Of a DNA stretch of 55,294 nt, positions 1 to 10,928 are shown one piece after another. The DNA is from Chromera velia. Taxonomy: Eukaryota. The stretch covers positions 1-55,294 of the forward strand of contig JAHBMJ010000184.1 of the NCBI GenBank assembly GCA_018398765.1, given 5' to 3'. How positions within the stretch are numbered: position 1 is the stretch's first letter; each line of letters opens with the position of its first letter. A model generated the notes under the pieces. The model was not told the DNA's origin, ran no database searches, and saw only the letters and a list, made by a program, of their open reading frames with translations. Both the position numbers and the translations under genes were made by a program.

Positions 1-865
1 CTCAAATCAAATATCCAGTCAGGGAGGACCTAGTGTTTAAAGACCTATCAAATACGATCAAATATTTGATCAATATGACTTTCAACCTCAAATATGAAGG
101 TCCCGAAAAAACTTTTGCAAGTACCAATCCGTTACGCATGCTGATTCACATGAAAAAACCTAAATCTTGATGGTTTACTCTCAAAAAAAAAACGTTTTGA
201 GCTGCAGTGAAATTGACGTTTCACCCCCTTTTACTTTATGCAGAGGTAAACCGATCAGCTGAACGTTTTCCCGAACAGCTGTGTTGACTTTTTTGGTGCT
301 GGAATATCTTTTACGGCCCCCTTTTTGAGCGTCTGCAAACCGAAAAGCCGAAAAGCCAGAGAAAAAGCTCTCAGCAGCTCCCACCACCGATCGATTCGAT
401 TCACATTGAAGAAAGTGATCATGAAGAAGAGGAAAAGGAAGTGCCATAAAGCTGAGTGATTGTCACTTCAATTTTGGTACGTGCTCTAACTTTATCGTAT
501 CAACAAAAAGTCATATGCAATTTCAAATCTATCAATTTTACGTTCTTAATCTCTATTAGTACTAGAGTGAGTCTCAGTGACTAGTGTATATACACTGCCA
601 CACAGGCATATTTTATTTACGGAACTAATAAGTTATAATTTTATATATATTTTTTTAAATTTTTGAAACACATATCAGAAATGTTCTGATAACTATTGTC
701 ATGAGAAAAATGATCAGAGTGACAGTAAGTCAGTGACTCAGTGAGGAACCCTAAGAGGTTGACCTCAAATCTTACCTCAAATATTAAATATTTGAGGTTG
801 AAGCTCAAATCAAATCAAATCAAATCAAATCAAATTAAATATAATCAAATCAAACATGATCACTA
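1..865 (+). mobile_element. Non-autonomous hAT element, internal-deletion derivative of the element at 23415-25651 in inverted orientation; left end lies outside the window
   Basis: 1-340 is the reverse complement of ~25254-25592 and ~343-865 is the reverse complement of ~23415-23926. It ends in (TCAAA)n-CATGATCACTA, matching the family TIR. Almost the whole transposase ORF is deleted at the 340/341 junction. Confidence 0.9.
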
Positions 866-1843
866 CATACAATGTTGGTTTGTTGACCTAGCGCATTAAA
901 ATGATTATATACTCAAATAATATAGGCGATACAGAATAATATAGTAGTTATACTTATGAATCAGTCATAAAATGATGAACATTGAATTTTATTAGAATAA
1001 ACTTTTAATAAATATTAAAAATTTGATTTTTACTAGTCTAAAGTTGGTTTTGTAGGTTAAGGTTGACTCAAAATGTAGCCAAATCTGCCTGTTTTTAGCT
1101 ACGATCACTATTATAATTGGACCACTACTACCGTAACTATAAAATTGGTAACCGGGTGGCCACCGTGGCCTAGCGGGTGCCTAGTAACCATCCTAGTACT
1201 TTTGTTACTCCTAACCGTATTATGTACACCAGCTCTAATTTGTTTCACCTAATAAGTTTGATCAATCAGTATAACATCTCGTTCTTAGTTTTCGTCCTTT
1301 TGTTCTGTCTGACACTCCTTGGACTCTGCATGCATATATGGCTTATGAAACTTTATGTTCTTATGCCATGCTAGCCACCTTTCTAGCTGCGCCATTGCTA
1401 ACGTCCTCGTTGGACATAACATGGTAGTTTCGTCAAATCGATCCAGGATCTTCCTTCTTCTGTCTCTTCATTTCGTAAGACGTCTTTCCCTAGGTTACAC
1501 TGAAACTATAGTGTGACACAATTTAAATTGTGACACAATACCTCGTGACCAGATTTGATTTGATAGATTTGGATTTGATTTGATTTGCTTTGACTTGATT
1601 TCATTTGAGACCAAGGCTCTAGATTTGTAAATCTAGGCGGATTTGAGGTTAAACTTCATAGGTTCCCTAATATACAAGGCCTCCTAGTTTTTACCAATAA
1701 CAATTCACAATTTTAGGTTTTTGTCTGTCTTTAAAGCAATATGATTCGATTTCAACTTCAAGTTAAAACAACTTTGAAGGCTAAATTGAAGCATACTTTA
1801 TTTTATTAAGATGTGTTTTTATTTGGTATATTAAAGTGGTCTT

Positions 1844-2154
1844 TGTAAGCTGTTTTACTGGAGTCTTAGTACTATCAAATATAGGTGGTTAAAGTCTGAC
1901 AGACATCGGTTGGTTTGGTCTAGCAGTTAATATCAATCTCAAGCATTCTTAGTGATGACGTCAAGCAGACACATCAAGCATGCACTTCACCAAAATCACT
2001 TAATGAAAGCATACCCGATTTCACGATGCGCGGCCTCGATCGTGATACACCCATGCATGCTATGTAGCCTGGGTCCCCCGTCTGGCCTACATCTGCCTAA
2101 CGCTTGCCAACCCTTTATTACTCAGTCTTCTTATTAGGTGGAATGCCCCTCACA
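1844..2154 (-). repeat. 3' LTR of the Gypsy element (311 bp)
   Basis: Direct repeat of 7556-7874; by manual alignment 23 substitutions and one 8-bp indel. Confidence 0.95.
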
Positions 2155-2357
2155 CTTGCCCGCCTTTCAAGCTAACGTCCACGCTTAGATCTGAAGACTG
2201 ATATATTAATCATGTATCCATCAAGCGATCGGACAATCAATTCTTATGCCTATCTATCTTTTTATCAAGCGCCTATCTAGCATGCTCTCGAGCGATCGAG
2301 TTATCATCATATATTGTCTCTCACCCTATGCTTTTCCTCCCTCACACTACCCGTCTG

Positions 2358-5300
2358 TCATTTTTCTTTCCTTTTAAAATTAGCGATCCTTTCTTTTGCT
2401 TTCTTAAGATTCTTTGCTGGCTCCCATAAAGCATCCTTCACTCCAAAGCCTTTCCATTTGACTAAATAATGCTGCTTCCCTGAAATTCTCTTGCTGTCCA
2501 AAATTCTAGCTACCTCGTACTCAGGGCCCTCGAACCTCGGAAGTTTAACTGCAGGTGGAGGGTCACCCGGCTCTCTCACATACTTCTTCAGATAGTTCAC
2601 ATTCACCACAGGATGAATGTGAACTCCTGCCGGAAAGATTAACTCATACGCTCTTCGTGTGATTGCCCTCTCTACCTCAAAACGACCAAACTATACAGGC
2701 TCAAGCTTCCTCTTTACTCCCTCCGGCCTTCTTTCTTGTTCAAAAAATTCTCTATGCACCAACACCCAATCTCCTGGACCCAATTCCAGTTCCCTATGAT
2801 GACGATCATAATAACGAGCTGCCGTCTCCCTTGCTTGCTCCGCTTGTGCCATCTCTGCCCTGTATCGTGCAGCGAAATCAGCTGTTGCCGGAGACAGCAA
2901 ACTTCCCCGAACAGGCACTGCAGGCAGTCGGATTGGATCAAAGCCATGCACAAATCTAAATGGTGAGAGACCTGTCACTGGATGCACATTGTCTTTATAT
3001 ACAAACTGACATGCCGGCAAAGCCTCGGCCCAGTCTTCCTGATGGTCCATCACGAAACACCTCAACATCTCCCTGATCATTCTGTTGTCTCTCTCTGTCT
3101 GTCCGTCTGTCTACGGGTGTCTAGAAGAGCTCATCTTGATTTTTGATTTCCAGAGTCTTTGCAATTCTGGCCAAAATGCAGAGATGAAGCGAGGATTGCG
3201 ATCAGAGAGAAGAGAACGAAACATACCGACCGAGCACACCACTCTCTCGAATATAATCGATGCTGTCTCTTTTCCTGTGACCTCTTCCCACACCAGGATG
3301 AAAAATACATCCTTTCAAATTGACAAACGATCAACAACAGAGAGAATTCTATCTACAATTCTTCCCTAGTACAGCGTTCTTGGCAGACTAAATAGGAAGT
3401 GGAGAGAAAGAGATTCATATGGACACTCAGAGATAGGCAAAGGATTGAGCAGACCAGGTCTTTTCTGAGTAGAATATTTTGCTCTCTAACAGGCATCACA
3501 CCGAGCCACATACTTCTTGACTGATGAATACATGTTGGGCCAGTAGAACTTACTGTTCAGCTTGAAAAATGTCTTTTCTAGCCCCAGATGTCCTCCGACC
3601 ACCGTGTCATGATGCTCGAAGATCATCTGCCTCTGCAGAACATCAGTCGGAATGACCAATCTGTCTTTGAAATAAAGAAAGCCATCAACGAGAGTGAATG
3701 GTTGAATTCTTATTCTCAAGTGTCGAGGCACAGACACCTCTGAATACTTCAGTACTTCGATGAGCTCCTAAAAGAATCTTTCTTTTTTGTATCCTCCTTT
3801 TACTTCTTTCAAGAACTCTTCATTCACATCCACTCTCATCTCAATGCCTGCCAACAGTCCTTTTGCTTCCTTTTTTTCTTCCTTTCTCTTTTCAGTCTTT
3901 TCTTCCGCTCCCTGCTTTTGCTCAGTTCTCACAGGCTTTCTGCTCAATGCATCTGCCACCCGATTCTTACTTCCAGGCACGTATCGAGGCGTGATACCTA
4001 TCTGGTCCAACAACAAAACCCAACCGTTACGACGCATGCGAGGAGACATTTGCATTCGATCGGTGGTCGACGTGACTGTCTTCAAACTTTCATGATCACT
4101 CCATACCTGGGTTGTGCATGAAACGTACGGATGCCAGATCTTGACTGCGAACACACAAGCGAGGAACTCCTTGTCTCTAATGTGGTAGTTCTTCTCTGCT
4201 GGGCTCATTGTTCTCGAAGCAAATGCACACGGCCGAAGGATCCCGACATGTGGATCCTTCTGCATGAGCACAGCAGCAACGGTCACAGTCTTTTCACACA
4301 CATCAGCAAAAATTTTAAATGGACGAGTAGGATCAGGAATGTATAATTCAGTCACCTGCTTGACTGCTTCTTTGACTGCCTCAAAACTCGCCTGCTGCTC
4401 TTCTTTCCACTCAAACTTCACCATCTTTTTCAGCAAGCGATAAAGAAGCATAGCCTTCTTACTGAATTCAAATACAAAACGTCTCACCCAAGAAGCCAAA
4501 CCAAGAAAAGAATGCAACTCACTCACATTCTTGGGCACTGGCCAGTTTTGTATCTCTTTTGTTTTCTTTGTCTCTGGTCTCACTCCTTTCTCTGAGATCC
4601 TCAGCCCCAAGAATGTCATCTCTCTTTGAAAAAAATGATACTTCGACAGCTTTGCAAACAGATTTGCCTGTCTAAGGAGAAAAAGAACACGAGAGACATG
4701 CCGTTCATGTTCCTCTCTCATCTTTGAATAAATTAGAATATTATCCAAAAATACAGATACATACCGATCAAGGCACTCCCTCAACATATACTGAATGAAT
4801 CGCATGGCTGCTGATGGGGCCTTCGTTAATCCAAAAGAGACCACCAGCCATTCATAATTCCCATACCTCGCCGTGAAGGCTGTTTTGGGCACGTCTTTCT
4901 CTCTCATTCTCATCTGATGGTAGTACTGCTGAAGATTAAGAGCCATGAAAAATTTTGCCCCATACAGCCTATCGATCAAATCTTGAGGATGAGGCAATGG
5001 ATGCTTATCCTTTACATGATTCTATTTAATCTCGTATAGTCACAACACATCCTCATTGTCCCATCCTTCTTTGTCACAAACAAAACTGGTGCTGCAAAAG
5101 GAGAACAAGACGGTCGAATGAATCTTTGCTTCAAGTATGTATCAACTTGCTTCCTCAATTGATCCAGCTCACCCAAAGAGAAACGATAGGGTGCCACTGG
5201 GCGAGCTGGAGGCAAATGTCCTGGTTTGAGATCTATCTTGAAGTCAAGGCCTTCCCCTCGGGACGGCGGCAACCCTGTCAAGGAATCAGGAAAGAGAGAT

Positions 5301-7442
5301 GCATTGTCTCCCACAATTCTCTTCACGTCGATCGGCATGGTCGATTTCTTCAGGTACTCACGAACCTTAGTCAATTCAGACGAAGAGAAAACAGGATGAT
5401 CAGAAGGAAGAGAAGAGAGAAAATCATCATTCATTGCCTCACTACCCCTAAGTCCCTTTCCATTCTCCCCAGCATTCTTTCTCCCCCTGTCTTCACTGAC
5501 TTCATGCAATTTCTGAACCCTGCAGGCAATCTTAGTGGACTCACCGAAAGGGATTTCTGTCTGCAGTCTGACTAGATGGCAGACAGCTCCTTTCCGGATC
5601 GCCCGCTTTGCCTGCACAGAAGAGAGAAGAGGAGGAGTGCTGAATATTTGTTCCTCGTCCTCTTCCTCCAACTCCACATCTAGAACCCAATAAATTAATT
5701 TCCCTCTGAACCAAAAATGCAGACTTTAAGACGACCACTGTAGTTCAGGCTCATAGGTACGACCTCACTTTGTCCTCAAGATCAAATCATACTCATCTAG
5801 GTCGGCCAACATTGCACCCACTGTCTTTTAATACCCCTGAATGTTGATCGGCATTGTGGGTGCACACTCACAGACCGACTGAGTCTTTGAGGACTTGAGG
5901 GCACCGTGTAAGTTGACGGGTCGTCTCAATCTGCACACATGGAGATGGTGGGCATGAGCAAAACGACGGTCAAAATAAATATCATCTGCACCCGAATCAA
6001 CCAAAACTCTGACAGATATACCAGCCACTCGACCTGAAAACACAAACAACCCTGGACGGACCCCTGATTCATTTTCCTCCTCCTTCATTTTCCTCCTCTT
6101 CATTCTCAGAGCTTCCTCCCATCTCGGGGCACTGACCACAAATTTCGAGTCCTTTTGCTCCTATCACTTTATCCGTCTCGAAACCTCCGTAGATCGTTCG
6201 AACTCCCCTACCTGCTGGCTTCCTTCCACTTCTTTCTCTCCCTCTGGAACCACCGTCTCTGCATCCCCCTCTCCACTGTGACTGGCCTAGAGGTGGCCAT
6301 GCTTGGGCGGTCGGGAATGGAGCTCCAAATCCTCTGCGATCTCCCTGGTATCCGCCTCTGCCCTGCCCCCATCCCCCCTGCCTGAAGTCTCCACGGAATC
6401 TCCCGTAGTTCTGCGAGTCCTGAGGATTCCCTCCGCCAGTGAGTCTCCGCATTTCAGAAAAGTTTCCGCCGAGTCCAAAAAAGGGACCTGGACACTGTCT
6501 AGCAGTATGTCCTGCGAGACAGCATCTGAAACACCTTCCTTCTACAATGCAGAGAGACCTCTCTGCTGGTGTGAGTGGTGGTGGGAGTTGACGGACCCCA
6601 TACAGGTCTATGGGGGCGGGCCTTTCCTCTTGTCCCAGTGGAGAGTTGCATCAGGCACTCTCCCCACCACTCTCGAAGGCACTCGGCCTTTGGAAGTCTC
6701 GTGTCCCGCCTCGCAGTCCTTCTCCACCAGAGAAAAAGACCTCAAGCTCGCTTGCCGTCTTCATGGTGATGACCAAGTTGACCGGATGCGCCTTGTTTGT
6801 TCCAAGGCGGACATCTGCTAGCAAACCAGAGATGCAGTCTTCAACGATGTCTTCCTTGATCAACCGGCCCTTCAGTTTCGCAACAAGGGGCTTGAATCAC
6901 TTGTTGTAGTCGTCGACCCTAGCTCCAGTGCATCGGCACTTCTTCAGGTCCTTTCTGGCCTTCTGTCTGGCCAGTATGTCTGAATAGTGCGTGATGAGGG
7001 CAGCCTTCAACGACCCCTAGTTCTGGAATGGTCCGTTCTCGACCTCATAGAGATCAAACCATTCCTTGAGGTCCTGGGACATTCTGTTCTTTGCCACCAG
7101 TACCTTGTCCAGGTCCAACACTTTCTTAAGTTTGTAGAAGTCTTTCACGTCTTTCAACCACCTGGTCAGCTTGGCCTTCACTCCAGAGAACAGAGTAGGG
7201 GCCTTGCATAGCTTCATGTAGTGTAATGAGGACGCAGTTGTACTTTGTGCTGGCATAATGGCAGGTGATGTCACCGTTGCCTGGACAGATTCCTGAGGGG
7301 CTTGAGAAACAAGTAATTACAGAGTTTCTCCATGCAGCTTTTGCGTCGTCTGCATAGAGTCAATCCGCTAAGACAATCCTTCAAGGGCCCCAACGACCTG
7401 TAGAATCCCTGGAGCTGGTATATCCTCTGTCACACCTTCCAT
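2358..7442 (-). pseudogene. Gypsy gag-pol pseudogene
   Basis: Gag from ATG 7442 (PTLFSG..WL); protease LVDSGA (~5990); RT with SPFAAPVLFV.KKDG.MRMC.DY, KTAF, FGL..AP and FLDNILIYS (catalytic DD mutated to DN); RNase H FADVC...DHESL...NRVADALSR; integrase HH..GGHLG..C..C; chromodomain EYEVARILD...YLVKWKGF...WEP. Many in-frame stops and frameshifts. Confidence 0.95.
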
Positions 7443-7555
7443 CGACGTTACGGTATGGAGTTGACAGTTGGTAGACTGAACCAGTCTGAGTATACTGAAT
7501 TCAACAAGAGCGTTCTCCCTTAACTGAGGGTAGAACGAGGCTCTGAACTACTAGA

Positions 7556-7874
7556 TGTAAGCTGTTTTACTAGAGTCTTAGTAGTATCAGATACAGGTGG
7601 TTAAAGTTTGACAGACATCGGTTAGTTTGGTCTAGCAGTTAATATCAATCTCAAGCATTCTTAATGATGATGTCAAGCAGATACGTCAAGCATGCATTTC
7701 ACCAAAATCACTTAATGAAAGCATGCCCGACTTCAGGATGCGCGGCCTCGATCGTGATACACCCATGCACGCTACGTGGCCCGGGTCCCCCGTCCGGCCC
7801 ACATCTGGCAGTATGCCTGACGCTTGCCAGCCCTTTATTACTCAGTCTTCTTATTAGGCGGAATGCCCCTCACA
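7556..7874 (-). repeat. 5' LTR of the Gypsy element (319 bp)
   Basis: Direct repeat of 1844-2154, adjacent to the PBS-like motif. Confidence 0.95.
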
Positions 7875-8354
7875 GTCTTTGTAAAAAATAATTATAAAAT
7901 GGGGGGTCTGGGCCACAGACTGGGTAGCGAAGCCCCCCAAGGCACAGATTAGCACAGATTTAAGGTTAAAAGTTAGCTTTGAGGTAGATCTGATATATAT
8001 AGATTTGATAGAGGTATCAGAGCAAGCCCTATCAGACCTGCAGATTTGATTTGAGGTGAAGCCCAACCTCAAATCAAATCAAATCAAATTAAACCTGATC
8101 ACTAACAATATCCTATACACTAGTACTGGTGACATAAATAATTTAGCAAATAATTGTATCACAATAGGTGTGATGAAATAGTTAGAATAACTTAAGTGTG
8201 ATGAAATTATTAGACGAAAAAGCAACGTAAAGATATTTAAACAATCTCCTAGAGATTAAGTTTATCCTAGACTTTCAAAGTGACTTAAAGTCTTCACAGT
8301 CGTGGAAGTTTAGACTGTTCTTCTATATATTTATTCATCCTAGCATTTACCTTA

Positions 8355-8815
8355 CTTAGTCACTCACCTAGTCACTCACCTCACTTATTCACTCACTCAC
8401 CTCACCTCAGTGACCTCACTCACCTCACTTACTTACTCATTCACTCATTCACTCACTCACTCACTATCACTCATTCACTCAGTCACTCACTCACTCACTT
8501 ACCTCACTCACTTACTCATTCACTCACTCGCTCACTCATTCATTCATTCATTCACTCACTTATTCACTCACTCAGTCACTCACTCACTCACTTACTCACT
8601 CGCTCACTCATTCATTTATTCATTCATTCATTCACTCACTTATTCACTCACTCAGTCACTCACTCACTCACTCACTCATCCACTCATCTGACTTATTCAC
8701 TAACTCACTTACTCATTCACTCACTCAATGAGTCACTCAATCACTCACTTAGTACCTCACTCACCCACTCACTCCGAGTCACTCATTCACTCACTGAGTC
8801 TCACTCATTCACTTA
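8355..8815. repeat. Degenerate (CACT/CATT)n tetranucleotide microsatellite
   Basis: Directly visible; it explains the spurious SLTH-repeat ORFs. Confidence 0.95.
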
Positions 8816-9021
8816 TACTCACGAATGATGTACTAAACACGTACCTCACGACGCGTGTCAAGCTAGCCGCGCTAAACACTGTAAACACGCAATCTACAAC
8901 TATTTTTTTCACATATAAGTGTGATTTAATTGAATCAGTCAAAAGTTTTTAAAATCACAATTATTGAGTCACAAATCATTGTGACACAAAAGGTTCTAGA
9001 AATTGAATTGAAGTTGAGTCC

Positions 9022-9869
9022 CAGTGCATTGAACAAATAAATTGCAAATAAATTGCTTTGACCAGTTTGATGCAAACAATTATTGCAATAGTTGCAATTA
9101 ATTGCCAATAATTGCCTATAAAACAAAAATTTAATTTTTTTAAGTGCTCTAGGGTGTTTAAAGGACTATTAATAACATTTTTGTGTTTTTTTATGCATAT
9201 TTAATATGATGTGTAGTGTATGTACTTATATAAATGAATTTAAAATCTTTGAAAGGAGTTATACTAAGTTATACAACTTATTACTAAGCTATTACTTCGT
9301 ATTAATACCTGTAATATATTTAACAATAACTATTTTTATTTTTTAACATAGAAAATATAAACTTAGAATTCAATATAAATGATAAACAATATGAACACAC
9401 TTTCATGTACGGTTCATAACATGAAAATTCTGTAACTGTACGTATAAGCAGTAAAAACTTACTGCTGGTATGTATAGTGCTTCAATTTTATGAGTATGCT
9501 GCATGCAAACAAGGCCTTATCCACGAAAACATCCATGCAATCGATCATACAATAGCAGAAACGAGAAAACACGAAGGCCACAATATTTTTATGCATCATT
9601 CAGTATTATTCATGAATCAAGGAAATGTATCAAGGCATGCAATTTTGTGAGTATGCACCGCGCGCATGCTTGATTGCTTTGGCGCCCTATAACATGCGTT
9701 TGGCCTTGTTTTTCACTAGTTTTGAGCCCAATAAAACACCTCAGACTCTCAATTTTGAAATTATATACAATTATTGCAATGAATTGCAATAAGCTAAGAG
9801 CTTGCAATGAATTATTGCTCCCAATTATTTGCAATTATTACAATTACAATTATTGCTTTCAATGCACTA
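9022..9869. mobile_element. Probable non-autonomous TIR element (hAT-like ends)
   Basis: CAGTGCATTGAA at 9022 and TTCAATGCACTA ending at 9869; subterminal ATTGCAAT/AATTATTGC repeats at both ends; AT-rich non-coding interior. No TSD found. Confidence 0.55.
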
Positions 9870-10163
9870 AAAAATTTCCATTGTAACATACTATATAGTT
9901 CCAGTATACCCTAGGTCTTTGCTCCATAATGTAGGCTCCATTTACTTGTTCCGGGTTGCCTGACATGCTTGTCACCCTAGTTGTCACCTCTTTTATGGAT
10001 CTCCCCCACGCTCATAGCTCCCGTCACGGTGGTCTAGTGTATGGTATACTTTTACAGCGATCGCCCTGAGTGGCCTCACTTTTCCTCAGGCTCTTGTATC
10101 CTTTCTCTCGTTAGATATCCAAAATTTTAATGGATGTGACTTGATTGTACTTGACTGGTTTTG

Positions 10164-10390
10164 CTAGGTGCTGCACATAAAAAAGAAGAAAAAAAATAGG
10201 CCTCCCCAACTTCAAGTTTTTTTTTTTTTTCAAGGTCAAAAGTCATATACACATCCTATATAGAAAAGTAAGTTTGAGAGTCAAAAGCGATTTTTTTCCT
10301 TTTGGAGGCACTTAAAATAAAAAAAGAAAAAAAAAATTAGGCTTCTCCAACTTTTTTTTTTTCTTTTTTTTTTTTATGTGCGGCGCCTAG
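10164..10390. mobile_element. 227-bp MITE with 8-bp TSD
   Basis: TIRs CTAGGTGCTGCACATAAAAAA / TTTTTTATGTGCGGCGCCTAG; perfect TSD TGGTTTTG at 10156-10163 and 10391-10398. Confidence 0.92.
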
Positions 10391-10414
10391 TGGTTTTGTG
10401 ACTTTCGTCCAATT

Positions 10415-10850
10415 TAATCTGTATCTAGACTAGCGCCTAGAAGGAGGCCGTCTAGTCTTGTACAGAAGGTCTATAGATCTCGGTCACATGAGTCTGTCAA
10501 TCTAACTATTCTGCTCCAATCCTCTTATCAGGTAAGGATGAAGCTGACTGCAATTGCATGAGATATCGATCCGTGCAAGACTAGCAGGGCAAATGCTTAG
10601 GCAAATGCCGTAGCCCCCAGAAGTACGCACACCCGAAAGGCGGACATCATCATAATATATGATGCCATAGCCATGGTGCGGTACCGGCAGTCATGCTGCT
10701 TCTGCCCCATTATGGGCCCACCGTGGCATACAACACAAATTATTTTCTTTTTTTTTCTGTTTTCTTTCTTTCTTTTTCATTCTTTCTCTTCTTTCTTTTT
10801 CAAACTTCCGATCTGTCTGTCTCAGACAGTCTTTCTCTCTCTCTCCCTCT

Positions 10851-10928
<78 letters not shown>

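Larger units (their letters stand above)
1844..7874 (-). mobile_element. Full-length, degenerate Ty3/Gypsy LTR retrotransposon with integrase chromodomain (chromovirus-like)
   Basis: TG...CA LTRs at 1844-2154 and 7556-7874; 5-bp TSD GTCTT (1839-1843, 7875-7879); degenerate PBS TAGTAGTTCAGAGC next to the 5' LTR; purine tract GAAAGGCGGGCAAG next to the 3' LTR; domain order gag-PR-RT-RH-INT-chromo. Confidence 0.97.
1543..8104. mobile_element. hAT-family MITE (~0.5 kb of own sequence) split by a Gypsy insertion
   Basis: Ends TCGTGACCAGATTTGATTTG (1543) and CAAATTAAACCTGATCACTA (8104) resemble the TAGTGACCATGTTTGATTTG TIR. Flanked by 8-bp ACAATACC (1535-1542) / ACAATATC (8105-8112), a TSD with one mismatch. 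Confidence 0.8.

Noticed and set aside
1157..1180. tRNA gene or tRNA-SINE head (GGCCACCGTGGCCTAGCGG, A-box-like)
   Set aside because: No B-box (GTTCRA) or cloverleaf follows.
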